Shown here in pieces: positions 16,115 through 24,042 of a stretch of 24,329 nt of DNA. Position 1 is the first letter of the stretch, and every line of letters begins with the position of its first letter. The stretch comes from a virus (taxonomy: Duplodnaviria > Caudoviricetes). Location of the stretch: positions 1 through 24,329 of IMG/VR virus record IMGVR_UViG_3300027804_000216, one strand, 5' to 3'. Under the pieces are notes generated by a model. It was not told where the DNA came from. It searched no databases and worked only from the letters and a program-made list of their open reading frames with translations. The translations under genes were made by a program, and so were the position numbers.

Positions 16115-16217
16115 AAGTCCTCCTCTTGAACTATTGGGCGTTTACCCAATACCTCAATTATATCCCATAGCCAGCCCTGAACCTAATCATTAAAAAGCCC
16201 TATTTTGTAAAGGTTTT
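16115..16217 (-). promoter_or_regulatory. Conserved promoter cassette, copy B
   Basis: Minus strand: AAAACCTTTACAAAATAGGGCTT (16217-16195), 32 nt, TATAAT (16162-16157), hairpin TATTGGGT-AAAC-GCCCAATA, then GTTCAAGAGGAGGACTTATG. Confidence 0.8.
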
Positions 16218-16222
16218 ACGAG

Positions 16223-16254
16223 GAGTTGCCCCAGCATTCCTGCTGGGGCAACTC
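16223..16254. terminator. Perfect 14-bp inverted repeat, probable terminator of the late/lysis transcript
   Basis: GAGTTGCCCCAGCA-TTCC-TGCTGGGGCAACTC; no U-tract, which is common in actinobacterial terminators. Confidence 0.65.
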
Positions 16255-16299
16255 AACTCGTATGCGCAGGCGGAGAAGGAGAACGCCTCGCACAACTTT

Positions 16300-16545
16300 T
16301 CACTGTAACAAATCCGTGAACAAAGTTCTCATCTCACGAACCATACCAACAGGGATAGCAAGAATGTGATCGCCCTCATCACCGAGAATTGATTGCGCTA
16401 AAACAATATGATCGGCTATCGCATCAGGGACAAGCCAGCCAACAGATTCAACTACCGCAGGCTCATTAACGATGTCGTCAAGCGCAACCCAAGACGGTGC
16501 GACAGCGTGAGCATCGTGCCACTTCACATACACAACCGAAGCCAT
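16300..16545 (-). CDS. Phage hypothetical protein (VYVKWHDA...SVGWL...IP pattern)
   Basis: Pattern recalled from other phage proteins; coupled to the phosphoesterase stop. Confidence 0.75.
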   Translation of the reverse strand: MASVVYVKWHDAHAVAPSWVALDDIVNEPAVVESVGWLVPDAIADHIVLAQSILGDEGDHILAIPVGMVREMRTLFTDLLQ

Positions 16546-17600
16546 CACCAACCTTCTTTCTTTCGATCTAAACAAAACACGGGTGCTTGAATCGTAATGT
16601 TTCTCTCGGGCGTAATAATCGCTAATGCTTGTTGTGGTTGTTCGTGACCAAAACCCATCAACATCGCATACTCATCGAAACCTTTAAGGCTGCCGTTCAC
16701 GATCATTGAAGGCGTAGAAATATATTGATGCCAATGACCAAGCCACAAAGTTTGAAACGATTTACCTGTAGCCAAATATCGTGCCTGCTTTCTTGCTCGC
16801 ATACGCATAATCGGTGGATAGATACCGCCGATGCCACCGCCACCAGATACTTGATCGCCGTGAGTAATCAAATGCCCGTGATCATAAATCTTTATCAACG
16901 CATCAGCAGATTCAGGGATATCAAACGACACCCGTTTATCTGTTCTGAAATGTCGTTCAACCATTTTCGCTAACAGATAATCGAAGTTTGTTTTGACCCG
17001 TTGCTTCATACGAGGCTTGCGAGTTGTTCGCCCGTGATTACCGACCACGCTAACCACATAACATTTCTTGAACTCGTCAGTCAATAGTTGTATCGCAGCA
17101 GCAACCTGCTCAGACCAAAACAGCAACGAACCAATCATTGTGTCCTCGTTAGTCAAAGCAAGTTCCTCGTGAATGTCGCCAGTAAAAATGTCGCCACCGA
17201 GAATCACTACAACACCGTCATAAGAAACACCCGACAAATAATGCCTAGAAAGTTTCACAACATTCTGCGCCCACTTCTCTAAACGCATAACAGCGATCTC
17301 ACGGTTATAACAATTCAAACCTTCCATCTCGTGCAGATTTACTACTTCGTCAAAGTGTGTATCGCTTAACATCACAACCAATGTTGCTGCCGATCTTTTC
17401 GGTTTCGCTGGTGCAAGCCAAGACGGAGGCGAAATGCTTACACCTTCGGCGTGTTCAACAATCGCCAAACATTTCTCGACCTGTTCAAGCTGCTCGGTCA
17501 GCCGTGCGTTCTGATTAGCGAAACTATCTCGCTGCCTGCGTAAACGAACTAGATCAGTTTCGGCAGCAACCTCGTTACCTATCTCGTCTTTAAGACTCAT
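16545..17600 (-). CDS. Calcineurin-like metallophosphoesterase with N-terminal coiled coil
   Basis: SDTH, GGD, GNHGR, THGD and GHWH motifs. Confidence 0.92.
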   Translation of the reverse strand: MSLKDEIGNEVAAETDLVRLRRQRDSFANQNARLTEQLEQVEKCLAIVEHAEGVSISPPSWLAPAKPKRSAATLVVMLSDTHFDEVVNLHEMEGLNCYNREIAVMRLEKWAQNVVKLSRHYLSGVSYDGVVVILGGDIFTGDIHEELALTNEDTMIGSLLFWSEQVAAAIQLLTDEFKKCYVVSVVGNHGRTTRKPRMKQRVKTNFDYLLAKMVERHFRTDKRVSFDIPESADALIKIYDHGHLITHGDQVSGGGGIGGIYPPIMRMRARKQARYLATGKSFQTLWLGHWHQYISTPSMIVNGSLKGFDEYAMLMGFGHEQPQQALAIITPERNITIQAPVFCLDRKKEGW

Positions 17601-17820
17601 ACAAGCCTCTGTAGCGTTGCACTGAACCTCGTGTTATCTGAAACCCTTTGTTGCATAACACCCGTGAAATAACCGAAGGCGAAATGCTGTGATCGTTTAT
17701 TGCTTCAAGCAGATCAATTCGGTCTTGTTTGTTTAACTTTTCTAGAACTAAATCAATTTTGCGTGGCGGTTTGCCTGTGCGAATTGGTGTTTGTTTAATT
17801 TCTTCTAGCAATTTTCCCAT
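17590..17820 (-). CDS. Small HTH-like protein
   Basis: ISPSVISRVL...GFQITRGSVQRYR; upstream of the phosphoesterase. Confidence 0.7.
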   Translation of the reverse strand: MGKLLEEIKQTPIRTGKPPRKIDLVLEKLNKQDRIDLLEAINDHSISPSVISRVLCNKGFQITRGSVQRYRGLYES

Positions 17821-18046
17821 TAGTTGTTCCTTCTGCGTGTTGGTCTAAATGTTTTTCTAACTTGTCATCTACCCTGTTCACCGTCTTAAATATCATTCGC
17901 AACTGCTGTTGAACAATGGCGTGATCTTGACGGTTTTCAATCGCTGCTTCTCTCGCTTCCTTCTTAAACAACTGCATTAACCCGACAATAATTACGCCAA
18001 TCGTGCTGATCAGCGCAACAACAATGGTAGCGAAAGCGTCAGACAT
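17795..18046 (-). CDS. Single-TM + coiled-coil lysis-cassette membrane protein
   Basis: N-terminal TM, then RVDDKLEKHLDQH; immediately after the endolysin. Confidence 0.75.
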   Translation of the reverse strand: MSDAFATIVVALISTIGVIIVGLMQLFKKEAREAAIENRQDHAIVQQQLRMIFKTVNRVDDKLEKHLDQHAEGTTNGKIARRN

Positions 18047-18540
18047 TATGCGACAGGCTTTACTGCTTGAGCGAACGCTTCACGCATCGCATCAGGGTTA
18101 TCAGCCATTGCTGGCGAAATCTCGGCGTGAAACCAATCACCCATAGGCGCACCAGTAATAGTTTTTGTGTTGTAGATAGTCCACGAACTGCGATCACATC
18201 GCCAACCTCTACCGTGAGGCATCGGGAAATAATCCAAGATTGCTTCGAGTCCGAAAGCGTCAGCGTTCTTCACAAGAAAATCCATCGCTTCCATCGCTTG
18301 TTTTCTTCCGCCTTCAGGTATGCCACGCTTTTCTTTTGCCATAAAACGGTAAGACAAATCAACTGCTCGCCCTGTTGCGTGAACACTTAAATCTTTTTTG
18401 CCTCGCATCGGGCGATTCACATAACTGCCGTTATTCCAAATCGCAGGATATAAAGCGCACAACTGTTTAATAAAAACTGTTAGACCTTTACGCTCGCCTG
18501 CTGCGAGTCCGTCTTTGTTGCCCGTGTATGGGCGTTTCAT
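18046..18540 (-). CDS. Endolysin, peptidase M15-like Zn peptidase
   Basis: R...SVHATGRAVD...WFHAE; flanked by membrane protein genes. Confidence 0.8.
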   Translation of the reverse strand: MKRPYTGNKDGLAAGERKGLTVFIKQLCALYPAIWNNGSYVNRPMRGKKDLSVHATGRAVDLSYRFMAKEKRGIPEGGRKQAMEAMDFLVKNADAFGLEAILDYFPMPHGRGWRCDRSSWTIYNTKTITGAPMGDWFHAEISPAMADNPDAMREAFAQAVKPVA

Positions 18541-18794
18541 TTTGCTACTCGCTTCTTAGCGATCTTCTTGCCGTTGCCACCGAACGCATCAGAGATTTCT
18601 TGAGCGGTTAGGTTGCCATCAACAGATGCTTTTGCAAGCCGTTCCGCAACTTGAGCGACAGCCGTAAAGCCTGCAAGTGCTGCTGCCTTCCAAACGGGGA
18701 TACCCCCAACGATTGCGCTGCCAGTAACTATCGCTAGTGCGTTCGCCATAAACAATGCGATCAATCTTTGTGCGATGTCTTGTGCCTTTTTCAT
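18537..18794 (-). CDS. Putative holin
   Basis: 85 aa, two hydrophobic helices and a basic C-terminus; coupled to the endolysin. Confidence 0.7.
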   Translation of the reverse strand: MKKAQDIAQRLIALFMANALAIVTGSAIVGGIPVWKAAALAGFTAVAQVAERLAKASVDGNLTAQEISDAFGGNGKKIAKKRVAK

Positions 18795-18797
18795 AAA

Positions 18798-18959
18798 TCA
18801 TTCCTTTGAACCGAGTGAGAGAACCGAGTGTATAACAATGCCGATACCTGTAAGCATTAACGCCTGCCGAAAAGTTGTGCCAGAAAGCGTAATCAAAACA
18901 AGCCCTGTGCCAACCCAAGTCCAAGTGTTATCTACAAAATAATCTTTAATCTTTTTCAT
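18798..18959 (-). CDS. Small two-TM membrane protein, 53 aa (not in ORF track)
   Basis: MKKIKDYFVDNTWTWVGTGLVLITLSGTTFRQALMLTGIGIVIHSVLSLGSKE; ATGA overlap with the PA14 gene. Confidence 0.75.
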   Translation of the reverse strand: MKKIKDYFVDNTWTWVGTGLVLITLSGTTFRQALMLTGIGIVIHSVLSLGSKE

Positions 18960-20494
18960 CTGCTAATCCTTGTAGTCGGCATTGGAAGCATAGTCAAAAG
19001 ACCGCCAATGGCAACAAGGCTTCTACGCTGCGAAACAGGGATATTAGAACCATTCGGCACATACTGTTCAAACTGTGAACCGAAAATATCTATAACTTTC
19101 TCAAAAGTTTTCTTCACCTTGCTTGGTGCTTCACTTAACACTTCGCTCATCTGTGCAGCCTGCTCAGCCGACAATTCCTCAACCACAACAGATTCAAAGA
19201 TCTGCTCTGCCTGTTCTTCTGTTATCGCTTCAAGCACTACAGGCGACACTACGAGTTCAATCGCCTGCGACTGCGTAATGTTCGTTGTCAAAATCGCCTC
19301 AACTATTGCCACCACTTTTTCAGGTTCGGCTTCAGCGATCTCGTCAAGTATCTGCTCAAACACTTCTTCGCTAATTTCGCCTGTTTCAGTAGTTTCTATC
19401 TCAATAACACGCTCTAGGATCGCATTAGACGCTTCAGAATTGTCAGTTTGAGGTAAGGGTAGGGTCGTTGCCGAATCGTCTAATACAGTTGAATTAGGAG
19501 CGTCTAATAGAGGCTCGCTAGATGTAGTCGTATCAACAGGCTCAAGCACGGTAGTCTGAACCGATGTTTCTACTTCTATCGGCTCTTGTGTGGTATCTGG
19601 CAGGCTGGTCGTGGGGTCTGTGGTTTCTGATGTGGTTTCTGTTGTCGTGGTCTCGTCTTGTTGCTCAGGTAGAGGCTCGGAAACAGGTGCGGAAGTATTG
19701 GGAACAGCAACGGGCTGATCGGTTGTAGTGGTGGTTTGCGGGGGAGTGTAGGGTGCTTGCGTTGTTGTCGGGGCTGGTTGAGTTGTTGTGGTCGTGGTTG
19801 TCGTTGTACTTTCAACTAATGTGGTTGTGCTTGTCTGAACTGGCTCGCTGGTTGTGGTCGTTGATGTGGGAAGGGTTGTCGTAGATGCGCTGGTTGTTGT
19901 TTCGGGCAAAGTTGTCGTGGAAGTGGTTGTCGTGGAAGTGGTGCTTGTTGAAGTTGTGGTGGTGGATACGCCGTTCGTAGTAAACGCTTCATCGGGAACA
20001 ATCGCCCAGCCTTCGTCATCAATGTTCCAAGCCAACATATAGCAACTGCCTCCGCCGTGTTCGTAGAACCAGCCGTCAAGCGGATAGATGCCAGCGTTAA
20101 AAGAATCTGTGGTGATCTCTGACCACAAGCAGCCTTTATCGTTCCAAGTGCCAAACTCTGTCAAACCGATCTTTACTGTGCCACCGTCATCGGCTGCGAC
20201 CATAAACTGAATCGTGTCGTTCTCAGGGATTGTGATGAACCCTGTGTAGTGAATCATAAACAAATCATTACCGCATTGTTGGAATGGTTCGCCGTTGAAG
20301 TTTCGGTTGATGTTGTTTTCTGTTTCGCTTCCGCAGGTCTGATATGCAGTGTCTGATTTGGTTGGCGGTATCTCGCTGATCGTGTAACCGACAGCGTTCA
20401 AACCGTAAACAGGTTCAGCGTTCGCTGTTTGTGGGAAGAACGAAAACAGGATTGCTGGTAGCGGTATAAGCCACCTTGTTAGATTGCGACCCAC
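18956..20494 (-). CDS. Secreted/surface protein: signal peptide, PA14 domain, Thr/Pro-rich stalk, acidic helical domain, hydrophobic C-terminus
   Basis: Signal ending ANA; PA14 motifs FMIHYTGFI..P, F..AADDG, WFYEHGGG; long T-rich tract. Confidence 0.8.
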   Translation of the reverse strand: MGRNLTRWLIPLPAILFSFFPQTANAEPVYGLNAVGYTISEIPPTKSDTAYQTCGSETENNINRNFNGEPFQQCGNDLFMIHYTGFITIPENDTIQFMVAADDGGTVKIGLTEFGTWNDKGCLWSEITTDSFNAGIYPLDGWFYEHGGGSCYMLAWNIDDEGWAIVPDEAFTTNGVSTTTTSTSTTSTTTTSTTTLPETTTSASTTTLPTSTTTTSEPVQTSTTTLVESTTTTTTTTTQPAPTTTQAPYTPPQTTTTTDQPVAVPNTSAPVSEPLPEQQDETTTTETTSETTDPTTSLPDTTQEPIEVETSVQTTVLEPVDTTTSSEPLLDAPNSTVLDDSATTLPLPQTDNSEASNAILERVIEIETTETGEISEEVFEQILDEIAEAEPEKVVAIVEAILTTNITQSQAIELVVSPVVLEAITEEQAEQIFESVVVEELSAEQAAQMSEVLSEAPSKVKKTFEKVIDIFGSQFEQYVPNGSNIPVSQRRSLVAIGGLLTMLPMPTTRISR

Positions 20495-20811
20495 ACAAGT
20501 TCTTCTTCATTCCAGATGTAGTCACCATCAGGTTTCGGTGTCGGCGGTTGCCAATCATTGTTTTCATCAAGAGTCCAAGAAGAATACGGCTGTGGTGCAA
20601 CAAACACATCATTCACTTCATCGTAGGTGTAGCCGATGCCTGCGTATTGTTTGCGAATGTTCCCGTTGTAACTTGTGCGAACACACGGCTGTCCACGAAA
20701 GTTGCCATACCAAGTTTCAGGGTCAAGACCTTCAATTAGTTCTGTTTCGTCAATGCCTGTAATCACTTCGGTTACAACATTGTTTGTATCAATAAATGCG
20801 TAGTGTGCCAT
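20479..20811 (-). CDS. Small partner of glycine-rich tail protein (putative assembly chaperone)
   Basis: MAHYAFIDTNNVVTEV...RKQYAGIGYTYD...FVAP; paralog of 21728-21955. Confidence 0.8.
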   Translation of the reverse strand: MAHYAFIDTNNVVTEVITGIDETELIEGLDPETWYGNFRGQPCVRTSYNGNIRKQYAGIGYTYDEVNDVFVAPQPYSSWTLDENNDWQPPTPKPDGDYIWNEEELVWVAI

Positions 20812-21725
20812 TATGACCATCTCACATTTCCTGTGCCAGCAGTAATTGTTGCGACTGTATCTCCGCCGTCTACTGCTGTTGAACCTGTTAAACCTGCACC
20901 GATAGTGATTGTGTAAGAAGAATTGTAACGCAAAATGACTATACCGCTACCACCTGCTGAACCCGATTGACCTTGTGCTGCTTGACGGCTTCCACCACCA
21001 CCGCCACCACCTGTATTTACTGTGCCAGCAACATCATCATCTGCACCGTACGAACAGCCACGACCACCACCGCCAACCCCACCTGCACCGCCGTTCCCAG
21101 TTCCTGGCACTCCCGAATTGTTTGTTCCGCCACCGCCACCGCCACGAGTTACTGATGAACCTGTAATTGTTGAAGCCAATCCTGCACCACCAGCAGTTCC
21201 GCCAGAGGAAACAGTTTGGTCAACGCCTTGCGCACCTGCACCACCACCACCTGATGAAGCATTGTTCTGTGTACCACCTGTACCACCTTTGAAACCTTGT
21301 AACGGAGATAATACAGGCGTAGTGCCAGCAGTAGATGTGTTTGAATTACCGCCAGATGAACCACCCGTTCTTCCAACCTGCTCCATATAAGCACCACCGC
21401 CACCGCCAATAGATGTAATGATATAAAACTGTGAATTACTGCCATCAGAACCGAAGTTTGAACCAGTACCGCCTGCGCCACCACCGCCAACAGTAATCGT
21501 GTAGTTAATTCCTGTTACAAGAGGTAGAGAAGTTTCAGCAGAACCACCGCCACCTGTTGTGCCGTGCGAGTTACGGTATCCACCTGCGCCACCGCCACCA
21601 CCGAGTGTTCCGCCTCCGCCACCACCACCTGCGACGACAAGATAATCGACTGTTAAGGATTGAGTACCAAGCACGATTGTTGGTGTGTTACTAGCCGAAA
21701 CATAACCAGTCAGTCTTGCAGCCAC
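20811..21725 (-). CDS. Glycine-rich domain minor tail protein / adhesin
   Basis: VDYLVVAGGGGGG, YTITVGGGG, NTGGGGGG and GGSGIVILRY. Confidence 0.8.
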   Translation of the reverse strand: MAARLTGYVSASNTPTIVLGTQSLTVDYLVVAGGGGGGGTLGGGGGAGGYRNSHGTTGGGGSAETSLPLVTGINYTITVGGGGAGGTGSNFGSDGSNSQFYIITSIGGGGGAYMEQVGRTGGSSGGNSNTSTAGTTPVLSPLQGFKGGTGGTQNNASSGGGGAGAQGVDQTVSSGGTAGGAGLASTITGSSVTRGGGGGGTNNSGVPGTGNGGAGGVGGGGRGCSYGADDDVAGTVNTGGGGGGGSRQAAQGQSGSAGGSGIVILRYNSSYTITIGAGLTGSTAVDGGDTVATITAGTGNVRWS

Positions 21726-21727
21726 GA

Positions 21728-21955
21728 TTAAACTTCTTCCTCAATCTCAGGGCTAACAGGCGCAACAAAATCCTGTGATGCCTCATCGTAAGTGAAACCG
21801 ATCCCAGCATAAGTTTTACCCTCAGTATCAAAAAAGGTTTCAACCCAACGACCCGTGTAGCGTTGAGGGTTCGCTTCAAGGAACTCTCGTTGCACTACAG
21901 CGACATGGGTTACTACATTGTTGTCGTCTAGTTGTGCGAAGTATTGTGCTGACAT
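21728..21955 (-). CDS. Small partner of glycine-rich tail protein
   Basis: YFAQLDDNNVVTHV...YAGIGFTYD...FVAP. Confidence 0.8.
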   Translation of the reverse strand: MSAQYFAQLDDNNVVTHVAVVQREFLEANPQRYTGRWVETFFDTEGKTYAGIGFTYDEASQDFVAPVSPEIEEEV

Positions 21956-21979
21956 TGTTTATTCTCCTGTTTGCTTTAT

Positions 21980-23668
21980 TTAGATTTTAAACCTAACGAA
22001 TATGCGACCACTACCGCCCGCACCTGACTGAGTGCCTGCCCCACCATTACCGCCACCGCCACCTGTACCAGTATTAGCACTAGCAGCCGTTCCATCAGTT
22101 CCAGCGTTACCGTTGCCACCTACGCCACCTAAACCGATTGTTGTTGTAAATGTGCCACCAGTAAATGTGCTTGGTGATGCGCCAGCACCAGCAGTTCCAG
22201 CAGTTGTTGTAGTTGTGTTTCCGCCAGCACCACCTTGACCGCCACCGCCACCGCCACCAATGTTTGAACCTGACACGCTCGTGCCACCAGCAAAACCAAT
22301 CGGCGTTGAAGGCGAACCAGCCGTTTGACTGCCTTGACCTTGACCGCCACCATTACCGCCCGTTTTGCCATTGACGTTTTGTGAACCACCGCCACCGCCA
22401 CCAGCGGCAGCAATGTAATTTGTGCCTGTCCCTATGCAAGAACCAAAACCGTTATTGCCAACGCTTGATACACCTGATGAGAACGCTGCGGCACCCGCCC
22501 CAATATCAACTGCGTAGGTTGCGGCAGTTAAATAAATTGTGGCTTGCAATAATTCGCCTGCGCCACCACCACCGCCACCGCCATTAGTGCTACCGCCACC
22601 ACCTGACGCACCGCCACCAACCATATAGACATCAAAAATGCCACCCGTGCTAACAGTCAAATTCGCATCTGAAGTAAACGACAACAGCGTGTAACTCTGA
22701 CCGCCAACAGTAATCGTTGAAGAACTACCACCAGAAGCAACACCGTAACCACTCAAAGTTGCTACAGCACTCGTCTTAGATCTGATAAAGACAATGCCTG
22801 AACCACCGTTACCACCAGCAACACTTGATGTGCCATATCCACCGCCACCGCCACCCGATGCCGTATTAGCACTTGCTGAAGTTCCTGCCGTTGATGTTCC
22901 GCCACCTGCACCACCAACTGACGAACCACCAGCACCACCAGTAGCACCACCACCACCACCGCCACCGCCTTTATAAAGTGCGCTACCAGCGATAAATGCG
23001 CTAACATCATAACCAGCACCACCAGCGCCACCCGTTGTGGTTACTGCGTTTGCGCCTACGGCTGTAGCACCGCCACCGCCACCTGAACCTTGCGACAAAG
23101 TAAAAATGCCTTGACCGCCTGCGAAACCTTGCACACTTGGCGCAACTGACGGAACTGATGCAACAGGATTACTGTCGTTATAACTTGCGCCGCCACCACT
23201 ACCACCAGTCTGTGCGCTAAAAACGCCTACCGTTGGAATATCTGCACCGCCACGACCACCACCCGCTGCCGAAATACTGCGAGCACCTGTGCCAATGCTT
23301 GATGTTAAACCGCTCGTGTTACCTGCCGTAGCACCACTACCACCTGCGCCAACATCAATAGGATATGTTCCTGCTTCAAGGTAAATGCTTTGTTGAAGCA
23401 CTCCACCTGCACCACCGCCACCACCAGAAACATTGTTGCGACCACCGCCACCACCGCCACCACCAGCAAACATTAAAACATCAAACAGACCTGCTGTAGT
23501 TACAACAAAGTTGCCGTCAGAAGTAAAAGTGTAAAGGTTGTAGTCAGAGCCACCAACAGTAGTAGTGGTCGCCGTGCCACCCGAACCAACACCGTAAGCA
23601 CCATACTGCCCAACAATAGTTTGGGTATTACCGCTACTTACATATCCGAGTTCACGCCTGTTCGGCAT
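21980..23668 (-). CDS. Tandem double glycine-rich domain tail protein / adhesin
   Basis: Two repeats, each YGV.SGG...FTSD...FDV...GGG...Y.IDVGAG-like...ANT..GGGG...GGSG..F.R. Confidence 0.8.
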   Translation of the reverse strand: MPNRRELGYVSSGNTQTIVGQYGAYGVGSGGTATTTTVGGSDYNLYTFTSDGNFVVTTAGLFDVLMFAGGGGGGGGRNNVSGGGGGAGGVLQQSIYLEAGTYPIDVGAGGSGATAGNTSGLTSSIGTGARSISAAGGGRGGADIPTVGVFSAQTGGSGGGASYNDSNPVASVPSVAPSVQGFAGGQGIFTLSQGSGGGGGATAVGANAVTTTGGAGGAGYDVSAFIAGSALYKGGGGGGGGATGGAGGSSVGGAGGGTSTAGTSASANTASGGGGGGYGTSSVAGGNGGSGIVFIRSKTSAVATLSGYGVASGGSSSTITVGGQSYTLLSFTSDANLTVSTGGIFDVYMVGGGASGGGGSTNGGGGGGGAGELLQATIYLTAATYAVDIGAGAAAFSSGVSSVGNNGFGSCIGTGTNYIAAAGGGGGGSQNVNGKTGGNGGGQGQGSQTAGSPSTPIGFAGGTSVSGSNIGGGGGGGQGGAGGNTTTTTAGTAGAGASPSTFTGGTFTTTIGLGGVGGNGNAGTDGTAASANTGTGGGGGNGGAGTQSGAGGSGRIFVRFKI

Positions 23669-23670
23669 AG

Positions 23671-24033
23671 TTAAACCGTAATCTGATTAACGAAACCGTG
23701 AATACAAATCACATTCGCTGTCGCAGCAAACGCCTTAACCACAAGCGCAGTCGCATTACCTTTAATCAACAAACCAGGAATCACAGTCACCAAACCAGCC
23801 TCAGGTTGAACAGTAACCTCAATGTTGCCATCAGGTGCTGTAGCCTCGCCCCACTCAATCGTCAATTTTACTGATGACGCAGAAGTGTTTACTGCATACA
23901 ACCAGATCTCATCAAGGGTGGTGGTTGTTGTTGAGCCAGTATGAATTGTTGTGCCAGCAGTAGCAGTAGCAGCGACTTTGATTGCTTTGCCGTCTGTACT
24001 TCCTGAGAGAATCTTTTTAGTAAATGTTGCCAT
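23671..24033 (-). CDS. Minor tail/structural protein
   Basis: 120 aa beta-rich (DEIWLYAVN...LTIEWG...HGFVN); located among tail genes. Confidence 0.7.
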   Translation of the reverse strand: MATFTKKILSGSTDGKAIKVAATATAGTTIHTGSTTTTTLDEIWLYAVNTSASSVKLTIEWGEATAPDGNIEVTVQPEAGLVTVIPGLLIKGNATALVVKAFAATANVICIHGFVNQITV

Positions 24034-24042
24034 TGTTTTCCT

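Noticed and set aside
18619-18924. 101-aa alternative minus-strand ORF
   Set aside because: Overlaps two better-supported coupled membrane-protein genes (18798-18959 and 18537-18794).
19576-20154. Gln/Pro-rich alternative-frame ORFs in the PA14 gene
   Set aside because: By-product of low-complexity Thr codons, which lack stops in the shifted frame.
442-22976. All plus-strand ORFs in the track, including the Pro-rich ones at 21022-21390, 22032-22238 and 22794-22976
   Set aside because: They are antisense shadows of well-supported minus-strand genes (Gly codons read as Pro) with no recognisable motifs.
20811-23668. CCACCGCCACC-type repeats as a CRISPR array or DGR repeat
   Set aside because: Fully explained by polyglycine codons; no regular spacers, cas genes or reverse transcriptase.
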